A DNA stretch of 63,458 bases, counting the filler, from Octopus bimaculoides (Eukaryota), in NCBI RefSeq assembly GCF_001194135.2. It is 6 parts of 5 records of this genome, joined end to end, with 100 filler letters (N's around TTAATTAATTAA, not from the genome) between each part and the next. Parts side by side here need not be neighbours in the genome. Positions count along the whole stretch, not along the records: positions 1 to 21,531 come from NC_068984.1; 5 more parts are not named here. One strand, given 5' to 3'. The notes under the pieces are model-generated. The model was not told the origin of the DNA and ran no database searches. It saw only the letters and a program-made list of their open reading frames with translations. Below are positions 1 through 12,851 of this stretch, piece after piece (the stretch's first letter is position 1; each line of letters opens with the position of its first letter). The position numbers and the translations under genes were made by a program.

Positions 1-50
<50 letters not shown>

Positions 51-840
51 ATGCGTATACATACATATATACACATACATTTCCGAAAACTGATTGGGTG
101 GAAGAAGAAGAAGAAGAAGAGGAAGAAGAAGTAGAAGAAGAAGAAGAAGAAGAAAAAGAAGAAAAAGGAGATTGCCGTGGAAAGGAATAGCGCATTCTTC
201 TTATATTCTATTTATACACATTCACACTATATAAATGTAAACATGTGTGTATGCATGCACATTATGTCTACATATATAAAACCACATGTATATGTTGGTA
301 TATGAATGCACAGAAACACGATCCTGTTGATTGACATCGAAATAGATCTTAGACCGATGGAGTTCAGTAACAGCAAAGGTATCTTCATGCAATCACTGTT
401 GTTATTTTGTTGTTGTTTTTTTGTTATTACTCTCGTTGTTCTTTGTTTTTGTTGTTGTTGTTGTTTGTTCTTTGTCCTATTCTTATTGGTTTTCTCTGCT
501 GAATGCACAGTAAAATAATAAGAAAGAAATAAAAATTTGAAATAAAAAGTCACTGTTTCCTGCTCGGAAGGAAGAATAGTAATTTATAAAAAGCAAAGGA
601 GTTAAATAATTCGAGAGAAAAAGAGAAAAAAGCAGGGAGAGAGAGAGAGGGAGAGAGAGAGAGGGGGAGAGAGAGAGGGAGAGAGAGAGAGAGGGAGANN
701 NNNNNNNNGGGGAGATAGAGAGTGAAACGGGGGTGGGATAGTGGGAAAAAGAAAGAAGGAGTGAGAAAGAGAGAGTGTGAAGGGATTGAAGAAAAGTTTG
801 GAAATGATATGTTTTTCTCGTTGCATTATCTAAAATGGAA

Positions 841-1171
841 GTGCAATGGCCCAGTGGTTAGGGCAGCGGACTCGCGGTCGTAGGATCGCTGTTTCGCTTC
901 CTAGACCGGGCGTTGTGAGTGTTTATTGAGCGAAAACACCTAAAGCTCCACGAGGTCCCGGCAGAGGTGGTGGTGTACTCTTTCACCACAACTTTCTGTC
1001 ACACTCTCTTCTTGTTTCTGCTATACCTGTAATTCAAAGGGGCCAGCCTTGTCACACTCTGTGTCCCGCTGAATCTCCTCGAGAAATACGCTAAGGGTAC
1101 ACGTGTCTGTGGAGCTCTCAGCTACTTGCACATTAATTTCACAAGTATGCTGTTCCGTTGATCGGAGTGCC
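841..1171 (+). mobile_element. tRNA-derived SINE, family B
   Basis: A-box-like TGGCCCAGTGG head. Body (..gtcacactctgtgtc..gctgaatctcc..gtgtctgtggag..ttaatttcac..ctgttccgttgatcgg) is shared with the other family B copies. Confidence 0.85.
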
Positions 1172-1280
1172 ACGAATTACCTAAAGGTCGGCATGATGTG
1201 TATAGCAGCAACAACAACAATATATTTTAAATCAAATTTTTGGCACATGACCAGCTATTTTAGTGGGGGGTGGAGTCGGT

Positions 1281-1883
1281 CTATTGTATCGACCACAGTG
1301 CTTGACTAAAACAAAGTGGGCCTCGGCGGGATTTGAACTCGGAAGGTAAAGAGTCGGAGGATATGTTGCTAATCATTTTTGTCCGACGTCCTAACGTTTT
1401 AGCCAGCTCACTCAAATAATAATAATAATAATAATAATGATGATGATAATGATGATGATGATAACTTTTTGTGGTCGTGTTAGTGGTGGTGGTGGTGGTG
1501 GGAAAAATGAAGTCGACCTCGGCGGAAATTGAACTCATAACGTAGACACGGACGAAATGCCGCTAAGCATTTTGTCCGGCGTGCTAACTATTCTGCCAGC
1601 TCTCCCATTTAATAACAATAATAATAATAATAATAATAATAATGATAATAATAATAATAATCCTTTCTGCTGGAGGCACAAGGCCTCAAATTTGTGGGGA
1701 GGGGACTAGTCGATTATATCGACCCCAGTGTTTCACTGGTACTTAATTTATCGATCCGGAAAGGATGAAAGGTAGAAGTCGACCTCGGCGGAATTTGAAC
1801 TCAGAACAAAGCGACGGGCGAAATACCGTTATGCTAACGATTCTACCAAGCTCGCCGCTATAATATTAATAATAATAATAATG

Positions 1884-1959
<76 letters not shown>

Positions 1960-2150
1960 TAATAATAATAATAATAATAATCTTTTCTACTCTAGGCACA
2001 AGGCCCGAACTTTGAGGGGTGGGGGCCAGTCGATTAGATTGACCCCAGTATGCAACTGATACTTAATTTATCGACCCAGAAAGGATGATAGGCAAAGTCG
2101 ACCTTGGCGGAATTTGAACTCAAAACAAAGCGTTTCTGCCAGCTCGCCGC
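1281..2150 (-). mobile_element. Four head-to-tail copies of tRNA-derived SINE family A separated by (AAT)n
   Basis: Repeated gtcgacctcggcggaatttgaactc (reverse: GAGTTCAAATTCC, B-box) at ~1325, 1512, 1779 and 2097. Confidence 0.88.
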
Positions 2151-2168
2151 AATCATAANNNNNNNNNN

Positions 2169-2210
<42 letters not shown>

Positions 2211-2478
2211 TAAACAAAAATTGTTACTTTTCACAAATTATCTTTTTGACCCAATCAAAGAGCATAAACTCTACAATACTCCGAGTTATATGGAATGTTA
2301 AATAAATGTAATGAGTATTTTTTCACAGCAATAGCAAAAAACAATAAAAGAAAAAAAAAGTGGGGGGGAATGTACATTAGTCTATCTACAACAGATCGCA
2401 CGTCATGTCAGTTTTTTTTCTTTTATTATTTTTCAATATATATATATTTTTTAATAGTTATATTTATATTTATTTTTA

Positions 2479-3761
2479 CTATACATGTGAGGTCATGTGA
2501 CGTGTTAAATGGTGTCTTTCTCGGAAAGTTTCATTACAGATCGAACATTTTAATTTGTCTTCTCGCTTCCGTTTCATCGGATCGAATTCCCGTTTGTGAT
2601 GGGAACGCATGTGATAAACTAAGTCACTGGTCATCCGGAAGGTGGCGTTGCATTTGGCACACCAGTTTTGAGAGAGGGTCAACGCTGCCAGAGGCGTCTG
2701 TAACATAGATGGCGCTGTACCCGCAATAATCTTTTCTACCATTGGATTCTGAGTTTTCATAAATGGGTTGACTGGAGGTCTTTCGTGGAAAATCGGATGT
2801 TTTGGAAAACTGATACCGTTTTCACTTCCAAATTGTTCCGTCGTGTGAACTAGACCACTTTTATAAATTTCCATAATACTGTGCTGTGAGTTATTATCCG
2901 AAAGGGGTTGGGTAGCGGCTGCTGCCACTGCCGCAGATGTCAGACCGAAAGACGGAAAAACAGGATACCGTGGTAGGTAAAGAGTATTAGCATTTGTAAT
3001 GTGGGATAAGTCAGCTGGGGTTGCGAGTGAACCGGACGACGCTGAACTAAGGCGTACATTAGTTAACGATGGTATAGTGTAATGAGAGCCAGTAAACGTC
3101 ATAGAAATAGCTGGAGATAATGAAGCTTTTGAAGACAATAAAGGACTAGGGATCGAAGTAATTAAATGATTCGACATGGTCGTACTGTTACTATGGTTAC
3201 TGACAGTGCTGTTACTAATACCGTTTTTAGGGGAATGCGATTTTTCAACCTTTGTAAATGCGCTCCGATTTTCCTCGGATTCCTCACGGAATTTAAACGT
3301 ATTTTCGCAGTTATCCGAAGAAAACTGAGGAGAAATTCTCTGTGATTTATTGATACCATTATCGAGTGTTTTCCTCTCGACTTTCGTATAATTCTCTGAA
3401 TTTACGAGTTTGGGAGAAGGTGTTAATGTATCTGTGTCGTCTAGATGACGTTTACGGCTCACTTCCATAATTGTCACATTCCTGGAATAGTCTTTGATTA
3501 CTGATGGCGAATCATTTTTGCTATCATTTTCTCGTTGAATTGTATGGAATTCCAATGCTCGAGGGCAATTTTTGATTCTAGAATTTTCCAAATGAGATTC
3601 TATTGATTCAAGCTTCAGCTGTCGTTCTTGCCGGGAAATCAATTGGTTGGCATTCAATGTCATTAAAGACCGTGGCTCGCAGGTAAATCTAAGATGAGCT
3701 CTTAAAGGGAATGGATATTCAAAAACTTCTCCGCATCGCGGACAAATGTACGGATCAGAAT
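2479..3761 (-). CDS. PRDM8: PRDM8 terminal exon: Zn finger, Ser-rich linker, two C-terminal C2H2 fingers
   Basis: Acceptor t(n)cag|AT, phase 1, extends the listed 2479..3663 ORF by DSDPYICPRCGEVFEYPFPLRAHLRFTCEPRSL. Ends in QNWCAKCNATFRMTSDLVYHMRSHHK...KLKCSICNETFRERHHLTRHMTSHV*, nearly identical to the PRDM8/ZNF488 C-terminus. TAG at 2479-2481. Confidence 0.96.
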
Positions 3762-5022
3762 CTGAAAAAAAAAAAAAAGGAAATTCTGGTTAAAATAGAA
3801 AAACAAATCGACATTTCGAACGCTCGATTTTCATCTCACTGTCGAAAATATTGTCTTTTTTATTAGCTAACATGGCACGAATATACATGTCAATTAATTC
3901 GTCTCAAAATCGCTGTCAAAATTTTACTAATCTATTTTGTTCACCATCTAAATCTCAAGTGACGAAACATTTACTTTATTTCGGAGTTGCACATGGAAAG
4001 TGCTTTAAACTAAAGCACTTACAATGTGGTAAATACACATGACCCTTTCAAAATAAACACGAAAACTGTTAACTTCACTTGCACATTTATTATTTGGTAT
4101 CAAGACTTTCGCCGCACCAACAGCAACCTGGTCACTGATGCGCTTCGACTATGTTATTCATAGGCAACAGAATATGAAAGACTGTAATATATCTTGCTTG
4201 CTTTGAAAGTACAGTGACTCGTTGTAACGCTCGAAATATTTTACAATTACGCAAGCGACTTAATTTATGTTATTGCTTATATATGAATAGTATTCACTCA
4301 CTAAAATACGTCTTTGTTTTTTTTGCTGATGTGCCTATGTCCTCTTATATACTATTGTGCTTTTGCCATGAATCATACTATTAGATACATATTAAAGTGC
4401 TAAGTAGCTATAAATAAATCATATAATTTCGTTTATTATAAAGTCAATATTCAATGGGATCTCAAGTATCAGCCAATGGTTTATTTCGCTGTCAGGCGAA
4501 ACGTGATGACCCAGCAAATATATTTAACTCTACCCTCAGCAATAAGTAACTTCCATCAGTCTGTCTGTCTGTCTGTCTGTCTGTATGTATGTATGTATAT
4601 ATGTGTCTCTCTCTCTCAAGTGGAACAATTTTATTGGTTGTAGTAAGAATACGAGATAACTACTAACTTCGCAAAAAAATGATCTGAAATTATTTTTCAG
4701 GTTCATTATAATTATTACGCTGAATAAAACAAGAAAATAAAATATGTCATTGGATGCGAACACAGATACGCAAAGTTTACATTTGAGAACATTACCTAGT
4801 TGGCCAAAGGGTAACACCAAGAGGCTTTCGAATATTACTTAATGTAACTGCACTATATATAATTTCTTGTTTCACTATGTTATACAAAGTTTTGATAACG
4901 AATATATAAGATCACCCAGAACGTTAAGCTTCAAAACAAATGGAACGCTACAAATAACTGGAATAACTTACGTATATATGTGTGTATATAACTTACTTGT
5001 ATATANNNNNNNNNNNNNNNNN

Positions 5023-5092
<70 letters not shown>

Positions 5093-5127
5093 GTAGATAT
5101 ATATATTACATAGACATTACATACGTG

Positions 5128-5172
<45 letters not shown>

Positions 5173-5989
5173 CACACACGCGTACACACGCACATATGTA
5201 TGTATGTATAATACACGTATGCAATGTGGTATAGCGAGATTACAGTGAGACAAGATGGCCGAGCACATCTCACAAGATGGCAAAACTATGAAATCCTAAT
5301 GTAAAAACTACTTAGTTCAAAGATATTGATTTAATACTAAGCTACATAAGACTTACATAAAAGAAAAATGTCACTTTCTTTTCGAGGTGTCACGTACTTT
5401 ATACATGTCATTATACACCTGTACCTTTATCGCGCTCTCTCTCTCTCTCACTGTGTCTCTCTCTCTCTCTCTCACTGTGTGTGTCTCTCTCTCTCTTAGA
5501 CGATATTACCTTATTTTCTTTCTAATCTTTTGCGCGCAAATAAGAAGTTCCGTTCTACCTTACTCCAGACGCGCTCCCATCTTCAACCTTCACATTTTCC
5601 CCTCCCCCCGTTTTATTTCTACTTCCTCTACATGTCTCTAAGTTTACATTAAAGTTATGTAAATATCTCTTTCACTTCTTTATCTTTTTCATCTTCCCCC
5701 TCCCCCTCTCCCTCTTCTCATCATTTCTGCTTCTCATCATTTCTCTTTCTCTTCATAATATTTTACATAATTTCTCTACTTTCATGCTTTCTTCTCCATT
5801 CATTCTCTCTCTCTTTCTTTCCTTCCTTCCTTCTTTCTTTCTTCCATCTCTATATATTCACTTCCACATATACATACATATATATGCGTGTGTATTATGT
5901 ATGCGTGCGTACCTGTGTCTCTAGTGGCTGTGTATCCACAGACATATATGTAAGTATATATAAACATACATACATATGTATATACATCC

Positions 5990-6094
<105 letters not shown>

Positions 6095-6432
6095 TACACA
6101 CACACACACATATATATATACATATATATATATACACACATGCATATACTTAACAAACACATAAACATTTATCTATTTATTTTACAATTTTTCATACACT
6201 TTATTTACTCCCAAAATCTCAAGAAGCAGATATTTCCCAGTGAATGTCTTTCCGTTGATGTCTTTTTGCTCATCCTCCTCCCACATCCCGTTCAACCAGC
6301 TTCTTAACATCGTTTTTCCTTTTTCCTCTTACAGCGGCCATCGTGTCTTATCGGATTAGCGACTTGCCTGACTAAGTTTCGTCTTCTGACACTAAACCCC
6401 ATCAACTACACTAATATCCGTAACATAATTAC

Positions 6433-6652
6433 CTCGCTGTTTTCTTTGTACTTCAGGAATGGCCAGGATCTGCGAGAAATCCTTGCTGTACCACACGAAA
6501 AGGTCCTCGTTTTTTCGGATAATCCTCAACGCGCGGTAATAAACGTAACCATCCTTCATATAAGCTTCAATATTCTGTTCGTCCTCGTCACGAGCCGGCT
6601 GGATGTACGGTAGCCATTCAACCGTGCGATCTTTATCCACCATTAAGTCCAC
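6433..6652 (-). CDS. PRDM8: PRDM8 coding exon 3, C-terminal half of the PR/SET domain
   Basis: Acceptor tttgcag|GTG, donor CGAG|gtaatt, 220 nt, phase 0-1. WLPYIQPARDEDEQNIEAYMKDGYVYYRALRIIRKNEDLFVWY is the canonical PR signature (W..ARx.EQN.EA.....YYR..R.I..EEL.VWY). Confidence 0.95.
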
Positions 6653-6982
6653 CTGCAAACATTTAAGACAGTTCTGAATGTTTAATTAAAGAGACGTAAC
6701 AGAATGCCATTTATAATGGCTTTTAATCTTGCTTCGGCACTAAGTAATGACTAACCGAGACACAATGTAATTCGGTAACGTCAAGATGGCGGTGGGGGGG
6801 GGGGAATGAGGTTAGTAAGAAATAAATAGGNNNNNNNNNNAATTCGGTAACGTCAAGATGGCGGTGGGGGGGGGGGAATGAGGTTAGTAAGAAATAAATA
6901 GGAGAGAGGGTAGATGCAAAACCACATCTGTTCAGTCTAGATTTATAAGTATTTCTGATCATCTGTGTATGGAAAGTTAATT

Positions 6983-7015
<33 letters not shown>

Positions 7016-7159
7016 CACACACACACATGCTCACACACACACATGCTCACACACACACAGCAGCAAACGCACGTGCACACGTGCACCATCACAAACAGAA
7101 GCACATATATATGCATAGAATGTAATGTATAATAGTTTTAAAATACTTAGGCGCGGGGG

Positions 7160-7337
7160 TGGCTGTGTGGTGAAGAAGCTTGTTTTGCAACCATATGGCT
7201 TTGGGTTCAATACCACTACGCAGAATATTGACCAAATGTCTTCTACTATAGCCCCTGGCTGAACAGTGTCTCGTGACTGAATTTGGCAGACGGAAACTGT
7301 GAGGCAGCCGCTAGATATATATATATATATAATATAC

Positions 7338-7380
<43 letters not shown>

Positions 7381-7590
7381 CGTGTGTGTGTGGAAAATAT
7401 GTCTTTGTGTTGACAAGCGATGCTGGTTTGTTTACAACCTTGTTATCTAACAGTTGGGCAGAGACCGATAAAATAAGTACCAGACTTAAAAATTAGTACC
7501 GGTGTTGATTTGTACGATTAAACCCTTTCGATCCGGTGCCCCAGCATGACCTCAGCCACGTGACTGAAACAGGTAGACAACAAAAAGACA
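7160..7590 (+). mobile_element. SINE family C, full length (tRNA head, internal microsatellite, tail)
   Basis: ggctgtgtggtgaagaagcttg..gggttcaataccact head; cttgacaa..gatgctgg..agagaccgata..gactgaaaca tail. Confidence 0.8.
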
Positions 7591-7697
7591 TAGTGAGTCA
7601 GGGTTGCATTTAAATTTAGATAGAGTGAGTTTGAGTTGAATTAATTAATATTTTCTGATGATTGAAAGAAAGCCATAAATACATTGTTTATACTGAC

Positions 7698-7853
7698 CTT
7701 AAGTAAAATGGTGTCGACTTGTTTGTCTTTGGTCAGAAGACCAATGAATGTAGCGGGGTCAGCTTTGGTCTGAGATATTGGGAATGGTCCGAATATCTGG
7801 CCATAATCGATGTCAGACAGTGTTATTACACCCATCTTATCTGATTGCGAAAC
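7698..7853 (-). CDS. PRDM8: PRDM8 coding exon 2, N-terminal half of the PR/SET domain
   Basis: Acceptor ttgctacag|GTT, donor AAG|gtcagt, 156 nt, phase 0-0. Translation VSQSDKMGVITLSDIDYGQIFGPFPISQTKADPATFIGLLTKDKQVDTILLK contains the PR-domain (I)FGP motif. Confidence 0.9.
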
Positions 7854-8599
7854 CTGTAGCAAATATAAAGAGTAGGTATTTTAAAGAAAAGTTTAACTTA
7901 GAAGTGGGTCATAAATATCTGTTACATTGGTACAAATTATCATGATTATAAACAACGGAATACAACAGACTGAATTCGTCTAAATACACATCAAGGACTT
8001 AGTTTATTAACCCATTAGTAACTTCTGTCACTTTATACGCGCTCATCTTCTGAGATTTTACACCATAACAAACAAAAGAAATAAAAGTATTTCTTTCTCT
8101 GCTCCCAATGTTTAACCCTTTAGCATTCAAACCAGCCATTTCCGGCCTAAATATTCTACCTGTTTTATGTTCAAACAGGTCAGATCCAGGGCCTTGTACC
8201 TACTCTACGGTAATATTCTATAAACAAAACGATTACACCATTGAATTCTTAGAGCTACAAGATAATGCATGACTAATTCAAAACCTTGTGAATAAATAAG
8301 AGTCACATTTGAGAATATGAATGTCGAAAGATTAAAACCCACCTGAGAGTAATAACAAACATTAGATAGAAGAGAGGTCGTTCTCTATTTATTCACGAAT
8401 CTAGTTTTAGTATGACTTCTGTTTAATGTAATGCAAAAGTTTCAAATTTTATCGTGGAACCGTTTATATATATATATATATATATGTCATAATAAATCAA
8501 AATTTAAGTTGAATACATGAATTCAATAGAATTTCCATTTCTAATTCAGTTTCCGTTTAGAATTTGTAAACCGACTGCCAGATAAAGACCTCATCATAC

Positions 8600-8650
8600 C
8601 GGTCCATTTTCCCACACTAGCGATCGGTTTTTGGACGGCAGGACATTCAT
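8600..8650 (-). CDS. PRDM8: PRDM8 first coding exon (MNVLPSKNRSLVWENGP)
   Basis: ATG at 8650 with an in-frame TGA shortly upstream. 51 nt ending in a phase-0 donor CCG|gtatga, matching the phase-0 acceptor of the next exon. RSLVWENG resembles the vertebrate N-terminal RGIWDGD as I recall it. Confidence 0.7.
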
Positions 8651-8709
8651 TCTCTTACACGTTTGCTTCAAATAAAACAATCAGTCTAAAAACACATACA
8701 TTATATGCT

Positions 8710-9090
8710 TATCTTTTACTTGCTACAGTCATTGGACAGCAGCCATGCTGAAACACTCGCTTAAGGGATTTTGTCAAACAGATCGACCCCATTACTTATT
8801 ATTAAGTCTGGTACTTTTTCAATCCGTCTCATTTGCCGGATTTATAAGTGATGAGGAAATGATCAAACCAATACGGTTGTCAAACGGTGATGGAGAATAA
8901 TACAACACACAGACGCATCCGCCACCACAAACACACATATGACAGGCTTTCTCACGGTTTTAGTCTGGCAAATTGACTGACAAAGCATTGTTCGACCCTG
9001 GGTCTATAACGCTTTCCAAAGGTGCTGCGCAGTGTGATTGAACCCGAAATACGAGGTAGCAGAGCAAGTTTCTTAACCACTCGGCCATGT
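8710..9090 (-). mobile_element. SINE family C
   Basis: Reverse complement of the 7160 element; diverged. Confidence 0.75.
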
Positions 9091-9161
9091 TTATTAACAC
9101 TTGGCGTTTGTTTCATTTATATCAAATGAGCACAAGCTGTATTTTTAATATATTCATGCAA

Positions 9162-9211
<50 letters not shown>

Positions 9212-9789
9212 ATATGCCTCGTTTTGAGAACTGGCATTATTATTAAATTATTAAAACCATAATTCAATTGCTAAAAAAATCCTTATCTAAATTCAGAACC
9301 GTCGAAACCCAAACATTTTTAGCCTTTGTTTCTATAACAATGAGACCACTTAAATTTACATCTGTTTCATCATAACGTTGTCACAATTAATTCTGTGGAG
9401 CTGAGCTCCTAATTTCATAAATAGCATTAATGATAAAAAATCAGAAACATTGTCATTCATATTCTTTATAAAAAGCAATTTATCTGACATTTGTTTTGGA
9501 TGCTATTTACATTAAATTCCTTCCTTTAACAATCTACTGAAGATAACATTCATTGTGATTTAAGAGGTTGATTTCAGTACAGCAAAAACATCTGTCATCT
9601 GTCGTTTGTTCCACACCAACAAACTGTGTGTTCTACCGAGTTCTTCTCCAGCTTATATAATAATGGTAACGGTTTCAAATGTTAGCCCAAGGCCAGGAAT
9701 TTGAGCGGCGAGGAAGAGGTTAGCAGATTTTATCAACACTAGTGCTCGACTGGTACTTTATGTCATCAAACCCCTAGATGACATTCCGT

Positions 9790-10210
9790 CGGTTAGGATG
9801 ATGCGGGTTCCAGTGGATCCGAACAGCAGAACAGCCTGCCCGTGAAATTAATCTGCAAGTGGTCGAGCACTCCGCAGTCACGCGTATCCTTGACGTAGTT
9901 CTCAGGGAGATTCAGTGTGACACAGAATGTCCCAAGACTGGATCCTTTGAAATACAGGGATTACTCGTTTTTGTCAGCTGAGTGTTGTGGAGCAACATGA
10001 AATAGAGAAATAAAGTGCCTTGCCCAAGGTTTCAGTGCGTCACCTGGAATCGAGCTCACGACGTTATAATGGCGAGCCGAGTATCCTAATCACTGAGACA
10101 CACGCCTTCATTATCAATCCCCTAGGGATGAAAAGTCAACGTTCATCACAGAGGGATTTCAACTCAGATATACCACTAAACATTTTGTTCGACGCGCTAA
10201 CGATTTTAAA
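9790..10210 (-). mobile_element. SINE family B copy plus partial family A copy
   Basis: aacagcctgcccgtgaaattaa..cagtgtgacacag (B), then gggatgaaaagtcaac..atttcaactcag (A). Confidence 0.75.
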
Positions 10211-10430
10211 AAGAGTAGAACGTATTTATGATCAAAGGTAAAAATGGCTTATGTCGAACGGCATCTGGTATGGCTCCTTTCGACATTTCACTGGCAAAAT
10301 AAGTTCTTTCTCATCGCCCATTTTTGTTTGAATTATGTGTGTGCACGCGCGCGAATGTGTATTTGTTATTGGCAGAAGTTACAAAGTGATTTGAGGGCTG
10401 AGATTTTCGTCCAACGAGTAACTTTGTAAC

Positions 10431-10462
<32 letters not shown>

Positions 10463-10622
10463 TTCTTTTGATCTTTTAAAAATAATGATATGTATATATG
10501 TATGTACGTACGTATGTATGTATGTATGTATGTACGTATGTATGTATGTATGTATGTATGTATGGATGGATGGATGGATGGATGGATGGATATATGTATG
10601 TATGCATGTATCTATCTTTTAC

Positions 10623-10682
<60 letters not shown>

Positions 10683-11060
10683 GCACTCAGTGCGCGCCCC
10701 CTCCTACACGTATATTTAATTCCCATCATGCATTTCTTTTGTCATTATTAACTTTGAGGCATATGTTAGGTTCTGAAACAGAGAAAGCAATAAAATTGAA
10801 CAATACACACTCACATATATATATTTGCACTTAAACACATACTCACATATATATATGCATGCACTTAAACACATACTCACATATTATACACACAGGCACA
10901 GATACACACACACATACAAACATGTATGCACTCACACATACACACACATACATAACGATGCGCATACATATACAGACATATTATACACTCACATACATAT
11001 GTCATATCACCTCGAAGCTCTTTTGGACAATTTTGTTCCGTATGTAAATTCAATAAAGTT

Positions 11061-11176
<116 letters not shown>

Positions 11177-12459
11177 GCAGAGAGGGAGAGAGGGTTGAGG
11201 GTGGAGAAAGAAAGATAGAAAAAACAAGTGAGGCAACTACAACCCTAAGGATGCCAACTTCTTCCAGATTGCACGAGGAATCCCAAACATAATCGAATGG
11301 CGTAAGGACGCTTTTTGGCATTGTCTGTCTGTCTGTCTGTCTCTGTCTCTCTCTCTTTATCTCTGTCTCTCTGTCTCTCTGTCTCTCTCTCTCTCTCTCT
11401 ACATACATACACACATAGACATGCTTGTATATATGAGTCGTATTATGACCAAAACTTAAAAGAATCTCTTTTCCAAGATGTACGTACACCCACGCACATA
11501 TGTATGTGTATGTGCGTATAAATATACACATGTATATGCATATATATATATATANNNNNNNNNNNNNNNNNNNNNNNNNNNNNNNNNNNNNNNNNNNNNN
11601 NNNNNNNNNNNNNNNNNNNNNNNNNNNNNNNNNNNNNNNNNNNNNNNNNNNNNNNNNNNNNNNNNNNNNNNNNNNNNNNNNNNNNNNNNNNNNNNNNNNN
11701 NNNNNNNNNNNNNNNNNNNNNNNNNNNNNNNNNNNNNNNNNNNNNNNNNNNNNNNNNNNNNNNNNNNNNNNNNNNNNNNNNNNNNNNNNNNNNNNNNNNN
11801 NNNNNNNNNNNNNNNNNNNNNNNNNNNNNNNNNNNNNNNNNNNNNNNNNNNNNNNNNNNNNNNNNNNNNNNNNNNNNNNNNNNNNNNNNNNNNNNNNNNN
11901 NNNNNNNNNNNNNNNNNNNNNNNNNNNNNNNNNNNNNNNNNNNNNNNNNNNNNNNNNNNNNNNNNNNNNNNNNNNNNNNNNNNNNNNNNNNNNNNNNNNN
12001 NNNNNNNNNNNNNNNNNNNNNNNNNNNNNNNNNNNNNNNNNNNNNNNNNNNNNNNNNNNNNNNNNNNNNNNNNNNNNNNNNNNNNNNNNNNNNNNNNNNN
12101 NNNNNNNNNNNNNNNNNNNNNNNNNNNNNNNNNNNNNNNNNNNNNNNNNNNNNNNNNNNNNNNNNNNNNNNNNNNNNNNNNNNNNNNNNNNNNNNNNNNN
12201 NNNNNNNNNNNNNNNNNNNNNNNNNNNNNNNNNNNNNNNNNNNNNNNNNNNNNNNNNNNNNNNNNNNNNNNNNNNNNNNNNNNNNNNNNNNNGTCTCTAT
12301 AATACAGGCATGTGTGCGTGTGTACGTGTGTGTACGTGTGCGTGTGTGTGCGTCCGTGTGCGTGCGTGCGTGTGTGTGTGTGCGTGCGTGTGTGTGTGTG
12401 TGTGTGGGCATATGCTCATGTGTCTGTGTGTGTGTGAGCGCATGTATGTATATATTCTT

Positions 12460-12790
12460 TTATTCTTTTGTTTCAATCATTTGACTGCGGCCATGCTGGA
12501 GTACCGCTTTTACTCGAACAAATCGACCCCAGAACTTATTCTTTGCAAGCCTTTTGCTTATTTTATCGATATCTTTTGCTGAATCGCGAGATTACGGTGA
12601 TGTAAACAAACCAACATCAATTGTCACGCAATAGTGGGAGGACAGTCACACAAACACACACACACACACATACATATAATTACGACGGGCTTCTTTCAGT
12701 TTCCGTCTACCAAATCCACTCACAAGGCTTTGGTTGGCCAAAGGCTATAGTAGAAGNNNNNNNNNNACTTGCCCAAGGTGCCATGGAGTG
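12460..12790 (-). mobile_element. SINE family C
   Basis: cagtcatttgactgcggccatgctggag-like tail through acttgcccaaggtgcc head. Confidence 0.8.
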
Positions 12791-12808
12791 AGACTGATAG
12801 ATAGATAC

Positions 12809-12851
<43 letters not shown>

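Noticed and set aside
2422-2474. AATAAA hexamers just 3' of the PRDM8 stop
   Set aside because: They lie in very AT-rich sequence immediately after the stop; the real poly(A) site cannot be chosen without 3'-end data.
6770-6905. Direct duplication of ~60 bp containing CAAGATGGCGG (YY1-like)
   Set aside because: The copies flank a 10-N gap, the typical sign of an unmerged contig overlap (same pattern at ~59650-59815 and 56843-57010); a single motif is not enough for a call.
11443-12582. ORFs spanning N runs (also 14.8-15.4, 23.4-24.1, 27.6-28.2, 33.2-33.7, 35.5-35.9, 40.1-41.5, 47.9-50.3 and 61.6-62.4 kb)
   Set aside because: Open only because N codons are not stops; the flanks are microsatellites.
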